A stretch of 64,000 nucleotides of DNA from positions 106,330,001-106,394,000 of the forward strand of contig OZ024745.1 in assembly GCA_964016885.1 (NCBI GenBank), written 5' to 3'. Below the pieces are notes generated by a model. That model saw only the letters and a program-made list of their open reading frames with translations. It was not told the origin of the DNA and did not search any database. Every line of letters begins with the position of its first letter. The stretch's first letter is position 1. Shown one piece after another: positions 30,574 to 47,125 of the stretch. A program made the position numbers and the translations under genes. The stretch comes from Eledone cirrhosa (lineage: Eukaryota).

Positions 30574-30918
30574 AATATTCGTATACTGCACACTTGTAAA
30601 CAAACGTAAATACACAGGCGTTGGTTTGATAGTGTCCCCAATGAACCATAGGGAACGATAAAATCGAAATAAAATTTAATGGAAAGGAAACTGGAAACTT
30701 TCTAAAACATTCTTCACAAAACGGTTATCATGTCTGCCATACAATTTATGTAGTGATTTACGTGAAGACAACCTCAACATTTGTAAAGAAACACGAAAAG
30801 GGACCACATTAAAAGACAGACGAAGAGGTATTTAGACAGTTACACGCAGGGAAATGAAAATGTGGAGAAGTAAGGTATGAAGAAAACTGCAGAATGAGAA
30901 GTGTGCCTGAGAAATAGA

Positions 30919-30956
<38 letters not shown>

Positions 30957-31173
30957 TTTTTATCATTTATTTTGTTTTGGCTTGTTTAGCTTGATTTACT
31001 TTTTGGCTTAGGTGGTTAATGCTTTCTTGACCACTTTTTTAGTTTTGTATGGCTTCTTAACACATTGTTTAGCTCTGGTTTTTAACCATTGAGCACTTTG
31101 CCAGTGTCATCTCTGATTTTTGCGTTTCGTTTCGCCTTTCCTACCCGCCGAAATGCGATTCTCGCTGAATCTA

Positions 31174-31278
<105 letters not shown>

Positions 31279-31329
31279 GGAGATAAATAAATATACACGG
31301 GTGTGTATGATTGTGTATAGAAGATTATA

Positions 31330-31712
31330 TTAATAAAAGGAATTCCAACTTTGTCTGATTTACTCGTTTTATTTACAATCTTTTAAAATGATAACAGTAT
31401 TAGAATGAAATAGTATGGTAGAATATTAAATGTTAAGTGTTAATTGAACAAGTACTTTGATGGTTTCGCAATCTTCAGGTTTATATTCTGTGGTGTCACC
31501 ACTTTCATGCTTTCGCAATCTTCAGGTTCACGTTCTGTGGTGTCACCAGATAATATGAATCTGAAGATTGCGAAAACATGAAAGTGCTTGTTCAATTAAC
31601 ACTTAACATTTAATATTCTACCATACTATTTGATTCTAATACCATTATAATTTTAAAGGATTGTAAATAAAACGAGTAAATCAGACAAAGTTGAAATTCC
31701 TTTTATTAATAT
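31330..31712. mobile_element. Hammerhead element family J, hairpin form (plus HHR 31556-31594)
   Basis: TGAAT-CTGAAGA-ttgcgaaaacat-GAAA-gtgc-TT-GTTCA; ~155-bp inverted arms with an internal ~47-bp duplication. Confidence 0.7.
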
Positions 31713-31719
31713 ATATATT

Positions 31720-32242
<523 letters not shown>

Positions 32243-32265
32243 ATATATATATATATATACATATG

Positions 32266-32344
<79 letters not shown>

Positions 32345-33742
32345 ATATATATAGCTGTGTATAATGGTAGCTATGGTGCTTCCATAGGCACTCGATATTC
32401 ATCAGAGTAGAGTGTAGATAGTATAAAGAAAACGAAAAAAAATATATATATATTGTTATACTTTAGGAGGGTCATGTTGCCAATAAGAAACAAACGCACC
32501 ACCAGCTTTCACTCCAATTTATTAAAAAGAAATTATAAATTTTTAAATTTATAATTTAATTTATAATAAATTGGAGTGAAAGCCATACTTACCACTCTTT
32601 CAGATTTCAGAAAATTTTCTGGAGAATGCCACTTTCGTTATTTTTACTTGTTCGTCGGAAATGTAAATGTGGTCAGGAAAATCTCTTTTCAATTTTTAAC
32701 AGTCGCTTACCGCACTACACCTGTCAACATTACCATCATACAGAAGGAAACCTGACGGCAAAGTAAGGCGTCTAGGTGACGTGACATTTATGATGGAATA
32801 AATAATTTCTTCTAATATAGTTACAAAGTAAGAGATTTGGTGATGTAGAGTTATTAGTATTTCTAATGAAAGACACTATCTTATTTTCAAATCATTTTGA
32901 AAACAATGAAGATTTGGGACTGATTGAAGCTAGTGTTTTCACTGAAGTCTTTTAGATAAATAAAAAGATTTAAAACAAACAGTTTCGTAACACAGAATCA
33001 AATGCGGTTTGTCTCAAAAGAGTTAAATTGACTTCAGTACTGAACTGATAATTTATTTTATAGACACATTGAAAGATAAAAGACAGAGTTGACCTAGACG
33101 GAATTTTGCACTAAGGACATACATTTCCAGAATAAACGCCATAAGGTATTTTCAGAAATATCAATTCTCTTTTGTATTGTTCTTACTTCTTATGCACAGG
33201 TGCATTTTGGGTCACATCTGTCATTGAAATATTTTATTGAACAGCTGTTTTCTTTTATTGAACATCTCTTTTCGCTCATTTAGAGAACAAACTGCTGGTA
33301 TGAATACTGCTGGAATTAACAAAAGATTTTTTTTTCTTCTATTTCAGTGCAGTCTATATGGATTCTTGAGAGTAAAGAAGCTTGGTTGGCATATTTATTA
33401 CGTTTTCTGAAGAACTGTGTTTCTCATAGCTTTCAGGTACAAGACAATTAGAACTTTATATTCTAAATTCTCATTAATATCGAGATATTTGTACGGCTAT
33501 TTGCGGCGTTCAGCCAACTTGAAAAAGTTAGTGTTAAAATCAATGATATTCTATTTTTTTTTTCCATTTACAATCAGCATGACATGAAATTTTATTCCTC
33601 TATTTCATAAAATCGCCGTGATAGAGTATATGTGATTGGTTCTATTAATATTCTGTCGTTTCAGGTCATGTGAAATATGCTGAATATGATATTAACTTTT
33701 CTTTTCATTGAATACACACACAGTGACACACAAATATATGTG

Positions 33743-33774
<32 letters not shown>

Positions 33775-33775
33775 T

Positions 33776-33856
<81 letters not shown>

Positions 33857-33868
33857 ACTCTCTATCTC

Positions 33869-33900
<32 letters not shown>

Positions 33901-33901
33901 A

Positions 33902-34468
33902 ATTGATGAGCAGAACAAACAAACATTAAACAATCCTTTAAATAAATTAAAAATAAATTAAATATCTACCTGTTCATAATGCTATTACCGGCGGTTTCCA
34001 TCCACAAAAGATTGGAAATTCGGAGAATTTCCAACGGAAAGTAGATTTCTTCAGATAGCTATTTCCATTCTATAGGACATTTGTCCCACGGTCAGCAAAT
34101 ATAATGCTAACTACCAGCACGTATGGGCTATAGCCGTTAAAGTGACCCGTACGTGGCTTGGCCACTAGAGCAAGCGGGAATATTATAGACTTGTTGATGG
34201 CTCGGCTGCTAAAAAAATAGCAGTAAGCAACAACGAATTTTTTCTCTACATAGATTGGAGAATATATAAAAATGAGGTAAATATCTCATTGAGCACTAAG
34301 TACACACTGAGATATATAGGGTGTCTACAATATAATTGTTGTTCTATGGTACTAATTCGAGATACCAGAACTATAAACATTGATAAGCAGAACAAACAAA
34401 CATTAAACAATCCTTTAAATAAATTAAAAAATAATTTAAATATCTACCTGTTCATAATGCTATTACCG
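33902..34468 (-). mobile_element. Hammerhead element family F, 477-bp direct repeat (HHR 33981-34059)
   Basis: rc GCTAT-CTGAAGA-aatctac...gtggatg-GAAA-CCGCCGG-TA-ATAGC; 33902-33990 is repeated at 34379-34468. Confidence 0.85.
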
Positions 34469-36168
34469 ATATATATGTATTTTTGTACGTGTGGTGTGTG
34501 TACATATGGATGGATGTATAATAGAGAGAATGGAGGAAAGAGTGAGGACAGAGAGTAATACATATATTCCAGATACTTTTAAACTAGAAAGGTGAATAAC
34601 TTACGTGTAGTGGATTCGATTGTGCAGACATAGGTTTACTCGATCAGAGTTGATGTGTGAATGTTTAATAACAACCTACATACAAAACTGCCACATATTT
34701 TATTCGATGGAGTATTCTAACTTTCTTCAACAAAATGATATTCATATTCATGAAATGAAGACCACAAGCTGAAAATGTTAATCTAAATATTAAAATGGCA
34801 GAATGTTTTGGAGAATATTTATAGTCTCGGAGAAAATAGCTTACATTTTTCCAAAATTGAAGAAATAAAGTAGCAACCACGTTTCTCGATTAATATAATT
34901 TAATATGCCTCTACAAAATGATGCGCTCTTGTGCTAGTGATATTGATCAATATTCAACCTTAAATAACGGGTCAGGCATCTAACAACATTTCTCGTTTTG
35001 TTTTGATTCTTATTTACATTTCATTATGTTTAATGTTCCAATTCTACATGGTCAACTTTGGGATTTTTTCTTCAAGGTACATCATATTAGTACATGTCAA
35101 GCACTGGAGTTCCGTCAATAAATTGTTCCCTTTTAAACAATATGATGAATAAATCATCGTCTTTATGATTCTAATATAGAATAAGTAGCTACAATCCTTT
35201 TCAGTTTGATGTTTTGGAATCCTTACTTTAAATAATCTAAAGTGACAATCTGTACTTGCTAAGAAAGAAAAAAACATTTAGTTGCAAAGGATTTAATTTC
35301 TGTTGGTGACTTTCAAACGACAGCGTCTTGTTATGTGGTCAAGTATGAAACGTGTAGAAATTTGTAGAAAAAATGGGATTTCTACACATTTCATACTTGA
35401 CGACCCAATATTTAGAATTGTTCAAGTAAAAATTATGGCAGTCTCACTAGGAGCCAAGCTTTTAACCTTTGGCTGTTACTTTAATAAGAACAGCACAACC
35501 GACGCCACAGTATACCTGATAGAATGGTTGACAATGCGTGATATATATTTCCTTTTTTACTAGATGTTTCCAATTTAAATTTCTCGTCTCAAGCAGATGA
35601 AATAAGAATTTTCAATTGACTTTCGTACAACAAGGGGGTTTCTGCATTGTCCTACCACCAGCTAGAAATAACAATTAAGTTTTTCTCAATTTTTATCCCT
35701 ACTTTTTAAATCGGTAAATGTAGTTCCTCCTGTCAACGAGTACAGGAGGATCATGCTTCAAATAATTGATCCTCATGAATAAAGTTGGCTTGTGGCTTAA
35801 TAACAACAATGTATCTCGTGCCAATAACAATAGAAAGATGTCCACACAACCTTTACATTGCAACGTTACTGAATGATCTTCACAAAGAATGATTGTTCGT
35901 TGCCATAGAGTTTTCTCTTCCGAACAGAATATCATATATAATTATTTGATTGTTGTTTAGCGCCAAATAAGCGCAGATCAGACAGAGATAATCAAATCTG
36001 ATCCTCTTGTGATCGTTTTTTCACTGTTTTATACCTTTCTATAATTAATGTATTATCCAATGTGTCTGACCCTGACGTTTTTTAGCCACAAGTGTATGAT
36101 TTGAAAGTGATGTGCAAATATAGAGTGCGCAAGGCCTTAGCCAAAGTAGAAAAATATAGAAAGAAGAG

Positions 36169-36347
<179 letters not shown>

Positions 36348-37220
36348 TATGAGAGGAATAAAATAGACAGAGGGATGCGATATACTTGAACATCCCTTGC
36401 ATTCTCACTCATAAGACTTTATACAGGCCTAGAGAATGTGCAGCTGAATTACATGCATAAGAACTTTACAAGACTATCACTGTTGATGGTGACAGATGGT
36501 GCAACTTGAACTTAGAACTCACAGTTACAAAATAATCTATTGCAATGCATTTCATTTTTCTGGGATACATAGACTAAGTTACCGCTGGTAGGTCACAGTA
36601 GAGTGAAATATTGGCGTCGATCTAATCGGCTATACCTCTTCTATCCGTCATAGTTTGTAACGAAATTCCTCTATTAAGTAATCATTATAGTTGTATGCAA
36701 ATTTACAGATATGTATATGTGACTTTCTTAATGAGCATGTATGAGTGTATGTTAACATAATTCTTGTTCACAATCATTAAAGTAAAGTCAACCATAACAC
36801 ACTTAATAAAAATACTTTGATAGGAAAATTATCCAGAACATACTGAAATATCTGTGGAGTTGTAGGGAATGAATCATGAAATCATAAGAACGAAAACGAA
36901 TTTGCGTGGGATAATATTTTGTGATGTAACAACTGCATACGTTTATAGCCTGTGTGTGCGCGCGTGTGGGTGTATGCGCCTCTGTGTGTTTGTATGTGTG
37001 CATGTTTGTAGCGTACTATGATTCTATGCATGGATGCTGTAGATATGTAAATTTCTATAGAAATATATGCAGCATGTTTATAGGTCGTATCAGTTACGAA
37101 TGAGTGGGTGGATGCGTGGGCGTCAAAAAGAATATATGTAGTCAAAGTTTCTCTCTCTCCATTTATTTCAAACTGTCTCTCTTTTTCCTTCTCTGTACCT
37201 CCCTCATTCTGTTTTCATTA

Positions 37221-37302
37221 GTCCACACATATACACGAGGGTGTGTACACACATATACACGAGGGGGTGTACACACATATACACGAGGGTGTGTACACAC
37301 AT
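37221..37302. repeat. 24-bp minisatellite, ~3.4 copies
   Basis: gtacacacatatacacgagggtgt repeated. Confidence 0.85.
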
Positions 37303-37503
37303 AATTTATCTTGTACCCTGGAATTTTCTATCAAATATTTCTTACCATTATGATGTCGTATTTGACTCATTCACATTAATTTAGTATATATAGATAACAT
37401 GTATGCAATATATATCATGCTTCAAGCGTAATTTAATACATACATACATACACATGAACACACACACACTCACACTCACACTCACACACGCTCACACACA
37501 CAT

Positions 37504-37537
<34 letters not shown>

Positions 37538-39112
37538 GTGTATATATATGTGTATATATATATGTGTATATATATATGTGTATATATATATGTGTATATA
37601 TATGTGTATATATATGAAGTCTGACATTATATATATAGCCACATACATATGTATATATTTGTATATGTGTATATATATTTGTATGTAGTGTATATATGTA
37701 CGTACGCATGTATGTATGTACGTATGTATGTATATATGCAATGTATTTATACATGTATGAATGTATGTATGTATGTATGTATGCATAAATGTATGTATAT
37801 AAGTATGTGTGTGTATTTATGTATGTACGTATGTATGAGTGTATGTATGTTTACATGTGTGTATGTATGCATATGTGTGCGTATGTATGTATGCATGTAC
37901 GTATGTATGTGTGCATGTATGTATGCCTGTATGTATGTATGTATGAATATATTTCTCTGGTGGACGTAAATATTGCATTTCACTTGATTGAATTATGTTC
38001 TGTCAGTTACTGATGCAGAAGACCACTAATTAAATAGCAAAATGATTGTTATTTAGCTAGAATTATATAACATCAAAGATGGCTGACCCCCTCTAATAAA
38101 GGGGGGAGGGGAGGTTGTGTTAACTAAACACCCCAACCGGCCAACGCCACCATGTTTGCACGTAGCTGTCAGTTTAAGTTAATCTGATATTTCACGCTTT
38201 TTGTTCTGCCTGATGGACTTCTCACTAAATTTACTTTATCGATACAGAAAGGTTGTGTGGAGCTGCTTCTCATCTTTTGGCCCTTTACTATTCCATTTCC
38301 TTTCTCTTTTAATATTTTGCTATTTTTTTTGTGTCGAAAAAATTCTGTGCTCTTATTTATGCATGTGTATACACGCAAGTATGAGTATGTTTTTATATAT
38401 ATTAGTCAATTTATATTATCTATGAGTGTGATTATGACTAATGTGAGTTGGGCTACTGTGAATGCCAAATAAGATACACAAGATGTATGGAATCATCTGA
38501 TCATTCCGTCCTGGTCATGGAAACCTCTGAAACCTTGGGTTGGGTGCCACATTCAAACCACATTCAATTACCAATCCTTCACATTTCATTTCCTATTAGA
38601 ACAAAACTAATAAGCATTTGCGTGCCAATGTGGAATTATTCTTCTTCCTTGCAATTCACACTACATTTTGCAATATGGTGCTAGTTCTATATTTGGAATC
38701 GGTTTTATGATAATTACCAAGTATCCTTCCGATGTGCATCAGTGTAAGCGACCATAACATCGTTCATTGTGTCGTATTTGCCGCCAAATACTTTAGTATC
38801 TCCAGCAATGAAAATTTAGATGAATTTGATTCACTACTCAGACACCTACATGGAATTATCATTTATAAAATTTCATCAACACTATTGCGTAAATGCTCCT
38901 AAGTTTTCACTAGACTTTGAGATAACGGAGAATACGGGTTTATCAAAGGTAGCATCTGAGTATGGTGAATTGTAAGTCTCCTAGGACAATAAACGATATC
39001 TGTTTATCGCAGAAATTAACTCTACACACTTCCAAAATATATCTGCAGTGGACTCGTTTATGATGATATATGCAACCTATTTTATATGAATATATATATA
39101 TAATATAGAACT

Positions 39113-39164
39113 GGCTTCTACAGGACTAGCACTGTTTCAGTCGGAAGAAATCATCAGGAAAGCC
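39113..39164 (-). ncRNA. Hammerhead, family G
   Basis: rc GGCTTTC-CTGATGA-tttcttccgact-GAAA-CAGtgctagtcCTG-TA-GAAGCC; another copy at 43571-43616 (plus). Confidence 0.65.
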
Positions 39165-39222
39165 CTAACTGTCGAAACGGCCGGAGCTGAGCTGTCGCGG
39201 GTTTTGATTCTTTTCCTATATA

Positions 39223-39256
<34 letters not shown>

Positions 39257-39411
39257 TCTCTTTCTCCACCCAATTCTTTTTATCCCAATAACTGTATTTA
39301 GTTATTGCTCGCGCTGGCCTGAGGTATATGATCTTTAATGCGAAGAAATACCTATGATGGCCAGAAGATCACTGATGACGGATAGTCCCGGCTTCTTACG
39401 CTATTTTTTAA

Positions 39412-39474
<63 letters not shown>

Positions 39475-41392
39475 AGAAAGAGAAAGAAAGAGAGAAGAAG
39501 AGAGAGAAGGGATAGAGACACACATATGCATGCACATAGACATGCAGCTTGGTTATATGTATATAGTTAACTATATGAAAATATCTGTGTCTCTCTGTGT
39601 GTATGACGTCAGGTTGGAGATGGCTAAAACTGGAAAATCACAAACCACAAACATAAGCCAGTAAATAACTGGTACTATGTGTAATTCAGTCAACATATGC
39701 CCACTCCCAAAGGTATAAATATATTATTTATACTTATTAAAATGTAATCCTTCTATGTATATACGATATTGTTGCTTTTTAGATTGTCCGCCCTAGTCAA
39801 GCAGACCTATAATGAAAAAAAGTTTTTAAGATATATTCATTCTCAGAATACCGTGTGTTCTGTGCTTTGTTTTAAAGATGTGACTTGAAGGAAATCTGGT
39901 TCTAATTTAAACTAGATTGAGCGATCACATTGATGATCCTAACTAAGTTCGTTCGTTCTGTGTGTCTTGTATAGTAAAGTCCATACAGTAATGGAAAACG
40001 AACTGTAGGGTACCTGGCGCTATGGTTTGACGAAGATAAAGTCACTTCGCGCTTTAATCCCCAATCCAATTAGTTGTAAGTGAATTTTAAGGAGTAGTAA
40101 TGTGCACTCAATAACTAAGACACGTGTTCTAGAATTAACAAATAAATCAATTTGCAATATTATGGATATATTTTAGATATAAGTTCAATTTTAACTCAAC
40201 AATAACTATGGTTTGTGAATTCCAAACATAACGCTGAATTTTAAAATGGTTATATTTTGGCTTGTGTTTTTATTCTTCCCGCAACTATTCCCCTGCAATC
40301 ACAAGGTTGTATCTTATAGAAAGTCTAACCCATGACTGTTCTAGTTTTACACATATAGTTTAATTAGCCATAAAAAATACATACAGTTCGTCATATTGTG
40401 ACCGCACTTCTGCGTGATTAGCTGACCTGCAAAATATAGCAGATAGATTTCAATCAAATCACCCGATTGTTGTATTAAAACAAAAGAATATGTAAGATAC
40501 TATAGCTTTAACTACAATGTGTCTGATAAAATAAAAGATGTGATCATCACAGCTGGTTGGTTGTTATGTTGAAATAAATGAATTATGTGTAAGATACTGT
40601 AGTTTTAAATAACTTGTGTCTGAAGATCTAAAAGACAAGATCGTCACAACTGGATCTGATCTGATCGATCAGGTCTAACTTAGGGTTTAATCACAAAAGA
40701 TATATCTGGTTTCATGATAAAGTAAGAACTATAATTATATGATTGCTGCATTATAATAGCAATGTTGTTACTATCGTCGTGTTACTGAAGCAACTCATAC
40801 AGCAAATGTAAATTTATTGCTATCTATAAATTCTAAGATAGTTGAATAAGTTATCTATATTGTGTTTGGTTCATTTCTCCCGTTGCAATTTGATGTAATA
40901 TCAACAGCTGAATCGGATTTATCAAGTTGTATACATTCCATTAACTCTGATAAGTACTAAGTAATCGCATCATCAATTAAATAATCAATAGCAGTAGTAT
41001 TGATGTAACATTGCATGTTTCACTACCCATTAAGTATTAAACGCCAAAAGAACTGACTCTATGCAACGGTTTCGATTCTCAATTGTAACTATTTGGCTAC
41101 ATTTAATCAGCCAATACTCATGGAAATAATTGTATCACACCTAACCCTTCACTGAAGAAAAACGTGTTTGTCTTAGATGTCAAATTTGCATCTCATTTTT
41201 TAGGGATAGTTAATATAAAGTATAATTCAAGTAGTAGGGCTGATTTAATCGAGCAAAGCCTTTTTACACATCTTCGACCTTTTACTAGGACGGGAAATTA
41301 ACCTTATTAATATTACTTTTCATATTCGCGATTATTTGTATGTTTTTCATGGGTTAGTATTAGGTGATGGTAAAATTGTATGTTAACAAATA

Positions 41393-41562
41393 TAATTGTT
41401 TCTACTTTTGACACAAGCCAGAGTATTACTTGTGTTTTATTTTATCGATCCCGTAAGGATGAAAAGCAAAGTTAACATCGGCGGGATTTGAGCTTAGAAC
41501 GTAAAGGGCCATAACTCAATGCTGCAAAGCATAGTGTCTGTCGCTCTACCGATACTGCCAAT
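41393..41562 (-). mobile_element. S1 SINE
   Basis: Reverse-complement match to S1. Confidence 0.85.
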
Positions 41563-42058
41563 GGGGACATCTAAGAAACAAAACAAAATGATCAATTCAC
41601 GGACACATGAACTCACAGAAATACAGTATAGTCTTATTTATATATACATACACGGAGGCATATACGGTATGGGTTTGAATAATACATATATATATGGGTT
41701 TGAATAATATATAAGTCTCGCAATGGATGTTGTAATCTCTGAACATAGCACAGCTATCTTGGTAGTCGTATGAGAATCGTTTTACGAAGTGTGACGGGAC
41801 AAGATCACAGTTAAATAAGATACTCAATACATTAATAGAAAAGATACATGATTATTTCAAATAGAAACATCACCTACAGGATAAGAAACATTTCATTCGT
41901 TTGCACTCACCAGGACATTCCTATAGAAGTAATTTCTATATGAAGAAAATCTATATGTACATATGTATATGTATATACATATATGCATACATACATACAT
42001 AGATACATACATACATACATATATACATACATACATACATATATACATACATACATAC

Positions 42059-42089
<31 letters not shown>

Positions 42090-42128
42090 TTTATATACAC
42101 ATATATATATACATACATATATATATAT

Positions 42129-42176
<48 letters not shown>

Positions 42177-42187
42177 CACACACACAA

Positions 42188-42258
<71 letters not shown>

Positions 42259-42639
42259 GGCATACAGGCATTCACACAAACACACATCCACTTGTATGTA
42301 GTTTACAATTGTGGCGTCTCCCAGTTTCAATTCAAAATACTTCTTTTCGTTCTGCCCACATTTGCAACTCCCACGTCTATAGTGTTTCCCCTTCTCCTAC
42401 CGGCAACCATTCTCCACCGCTTCCTTCTCATTCTGACAAGAATCGTTGCTCTCTTTGTCTGCATATTCTATTGAAACTTACAAGTGATCAAATAAGAACT
42501 GCTCCACTTCTGCCAAAACCTATTTACATGACGGATATTCTTACTTCGCCTACCTGTTTTGTACAGTTAATATACAAGAAGAAGAATATAATGTGGTAGA
42601 TAACGGTGAATGGTAGGGTGTAGAGGAAATTATGAGATT

Positions 42640-42644
42640 TCCAA

Positions 42645-42687
<43 letters not shown>

Positions 42688-42793
42688 GATGATGATGATG
42701 ATGATGATGATGAGGATGGTGATGGTGAAGGTGGTGATGGTGGAGGAGAAGAAGAAGAAGAAGAAGAAGAAGAAGAAGAAGAAGAAGAAGAAG

Positions 42794-42824
<31 letters not shown>

Positions 42825-42867
42825 TGGAGAAAAATAAAAATATCATCACCAACAGCAACAACAGCAA

Positions 42868-42905
<38 letters not shown>

Positions 42906-42932
42906 CCAACAACAACAACAACAACAATAATA

Positions 42933-42966
<34 letters not shown>

Positions 42967-42990
42967 ATAATAATAATAATAATAATAATA
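42640..42990. repeat. Compound trinucleotide microsatellite (AAT/GAT/GAA/AAC)
   Basis: Directly visible. Confidence 0.95.
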
Positions 42991-43444
42991 ATGCTGAAGA
43001 AAAAGAAGAGGAGATAGTAAATGCGATATTCCCATCAATCTTTAGAGCCTAAGGCCAACGAAATCATTGTGAAGAGGGCAAAATGGCGCAAGTATTCATA
43101 CACGTATGTCGATATTTCTATAAATTCACTTGGTAGTCAAGAAGTGTATGGTCAATAATACCACGAGCTAGATATTACGATGTAACTTCTACTAGTTTTG
43201 CTTTATTAGGCTTTTTTTTATGTTTTTAACTATGACAGAACAAAAGATGTTTCGTCTACAGATATACGTAGAGACATATCTACATACATGCGTACATACT
43301 TACATATGCATACGTATAAATTTGGATATTTACATTCATACTGGTAAAAAAAAAAAAAGCTTGTTGGAGCACACGCATATATACACCTACAAACACATAC
43401 ATATATACATACAAACAAATATATATATACATACATACAAACAA

Positions 43445-43527
<83 letters not shown>

Positions 43528-43645
43528 AGTCCCAGGTTCAATCGGGGGCAACCACAGTAAGGTACTTAATGACTTTACTGATGATTTTCTTCGAATGAAA
43601 CAGTTCTAGTCCTATATTAAATATGTATGTATGTATATATATGTG

Positions 43646-43744
<99 letters not shown>

Positions 43745-43825
43745 ATATATATAAATATATATATATGTGTGTATATATATAAATATATATATATATATAT
43801 GTGTATATATATAAATATATATGTG

Positions 43826-43981
<156 letters not shown>

Positions 43982-43984
43982 AAT

Positions 43985-44044
<60 letters not shown>

Positions 44045-44700
44045 CTGTATGTCTGTGTGTCTGTGCATGTATGTATACATATATATATGTATACATACAT
44101 GCACACATAGATTCATGCTTACCAGCTTACATGCAGAATCCGTACATACTTACATACATTCATTTTAGTAGCAATGCAATCTAAATACATCACTCCAGGC
44201 CTTTGCAAAGATAAAAGTATTTTTCCTCATGTTGCACTTTTGCACGTTTCCCCACTCTTTCGAAGAAACTAACAAATCCGTCTTCATTTATTTATTTATT
44301 TATTTATTCTATACATCCGATTCCTCTGACATCCTATTTGTCTATCAATGGAACTGGACAGAACTCGGTCAAACTGTAAGCATCATCATTTACTAGGATT
44401 TGTTTGTTGGAGTCTTCTAATGGTATTCTGATATAGTTAACCTCAACGTCTACCATTCTACACAAAACATATGATTATCGGATGAATGGTGTTGTATATT
44501 TCTGTAACAAATATAATTTCTGGATTAAAAAAAATGGCTAAAATTTATAGATGTATAACGAAGAATATATCTTCAATTTGACGTTGTCATCATCATCATC
44601 AACATCACCAAAACCAAATTTATCATCATCAGCATCAGCAACGACAAGAGTTGGAGTAGCATCACCATCTTCTTATTCATCATCCTTATCATCATTATCA

Positions 44701-44890
44701 TGGTGGATTGGCAGTATCGGTAGAGCGTCAGACACCATGCTTTGCAGCATAGAGTTATAGCCCTTTGCGTTCTGAGTTCAAATCCTGCTGAGGTTAACTT
44801 TGCCTTTCCTCCTTATGGGGTCGAGAAAATAAAGTACCAGTAATGCACTGGGATAATTGCTGGACTTGTGCCAAAAGTAGAAACACTTAT
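44701..44890 (+). mobile_element. S1 SINE
   Basis: Full-length match to S1. Confidence 0.9.
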
Positions 44891-45795
44891 CATCAATATC
44901 ATCACTAGCAGAAAAACCACCCTTCGGGTGGTTTTCTGGTAGAATGTTTAGTGTGTATATTGATATTATACGCAAATATATATACATGTAGATATGATAC
45001 AGCAAATAAAACCGTAATTGACAATATATAATACATATAAATTGAACGAATACTGTGTTACACTGTCCTATTTAATCAGTAACGTAATCCATGATACATT
45101 AAAAAAGACGATATTATATATAAACTCTATTAGGAGAAAATTAGTATGTTTATTTAAGCGATCGCCATCGGAAGTGTTGACATTTCAGAAATTTTAAAGA
45201 AGTGAATCTTTAAATAAACAAAATATATTTAATGAACAGCCACGAAATTTAGATAAATTATGTAATATTCATTCATTATTTATTCAAAATAATCAAACTA
45301 ACTTTACAAACGGGATAAAAAAAATAAACCGTACGCAATCCCGCAGACCTTCCTTTATTATAGTTTAGATTATGAGGAACATAAACATCGCCATCAACAT
45401 CACAGTTATCGTTATCAACATTATAATAATCGCTATATCTTAATAATAGCTAGATCCTCACAACAGAAATAATACCTCAAACAGCATACATTCCTTCCTA
45501 GGCCACATGTCTTCGTTTCCTGCATGAATACATGGCATGCAATCCATGTCTACATAAGGGAATCCAAATAACATACCCGATTTTAATATAAATATTTCGT
45601 TTTTTGTTACGAGAGACAATTCTTAAGATAGTGTACATGCACGCTGTATGCACCTTATTTCAATTATATGTTCTTGATATTAAAAAGTGGGTTGTATGTC
45701 TTAAGATCGCTACTAGGATCGAGGAACTCTTCATATTTGGTATAGGCATTACGGGACATCGTTCCGAAACATTATCGCATACATCAATTTAATTA

Positions 45796-46158
45796 CCGCA
45801 TTTCCCGGTGCGCGCTGAAGACGCTTCGTCCTCGAAGACACACCCGAATTTTGACAACCAAAAATTTGAAAGAAAAAATAATTGTTTCTACTTTTGGCAC
45901 AAGGCCAGCAATTACTGGTACTTTATTTTATCGACCCCGTAGGATAAAAGGCAAAGTTAACCTCGGCAGGATTTGAACTCAGACTATAAAGGGGCATAAC
46001 TCTATGCTTCAAAGCATGGCCTCTCACCCTCTACTGATACTGCCAATCCACCACCATGAAAAAAAAAAATAATAAGCAGCCTTCGGCCTCCAGAACGCAT
46101 GGTAGATTTTTGAAACTTATTTCAGGAAAAAAGTAGCGTCTTCGACGCCGGGAAATAG
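45796..46158. mobile_element. pogo/Tigger-like MITE interrupted by an S1 SINE (45879-46056, minus)
   Basis: TA + CCGCATTTCCCGG..AAGACGC at left, GCGTCTTCGACGCCGGGAAATA at right; SINE flanked by duplicated tgaaa..aaaataat. Confidence 0.65.
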
Positions 46159-47125
46159 TTGAGACACTTGTGACCACTTACTGGCAATGTAATATCTACC
46201 ATTCTTTCATCTCATACATGTGTATAGCATATATAGACACTAAATTATAGTTACGTCAGTAAAGCTGATTTTATATGAAGAAGTAATGGAAAACCACACC
46301 AGTCTATCTTTTCATATAATTTAAATAGATCTGTTGATCTTATTCGTATGAAGTTCGAATTCTTAAGTTTATATGGACTGAAAGTTAGACTCCAATGAAA
46401 GGCTCAAAGACAATTTACAAACTTCATTACCAGGAATGTGATGCAAATAGAATAAGAAAAAAAGGATTTGGGCCACTCTATTATTTTGTTAATAATAAAC
46501 ATAGATTAATATGATTTGATTATATTCGAATTAGTCAACTCGTATCAAGCCTTATCCCATGTCTGATGCCTTTTCCTCGGTTCCACATCTTTAGTTTGTA
46601 GCAATCATAAGTATTTCTGAATCACACATTAGAATACGATTTGACACTGATGTTATAGAAATCTTCAACTAACGTCTGCATTGCTTAGACTTCCAGATCG
46701 CCTGACGTGGTCTTAGTTGTGATCCAGTTGATAACTTCTTGGGCAGTGAGTATGCCTTGGCATATTTAATTACACTAACGATTATTCAGGGTTACTCTTA
46801 TACAATTAAATTTATTTTTATTATGCATATCTCCATGATATCGACGTTTTGATACGCAGTCGTAACTCATGCTGGTAGAGAATCTTCAGGAAAGTTGTTG
46901 CTATTTAATCAGAAAGTATATTAAAAATAATTATAAAGTAGTTCAAATAGTTAAAAGAGATACGCCCTTCCACCTTAGTGAGTGGTCGCTGAGCATGTGT
47001 AAATACCATTTCTATATTTGTGGGTGTGGTCTGTATAAGAGGATTGGATGAAGCTGCAATTATATATATATGTGTATGTGTGTGCGTGTGTGAATATATA
47101 TATATATATATATATATATACCTAT

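Noticed and set aside
38440-38830. Possible ancient LINE RT remnant (IAGDTKVF on minus strand); similar weak traces at 1900-2075 and 46540-46800
   Set aside because: Single degenerate motifs only; needs a profile search.
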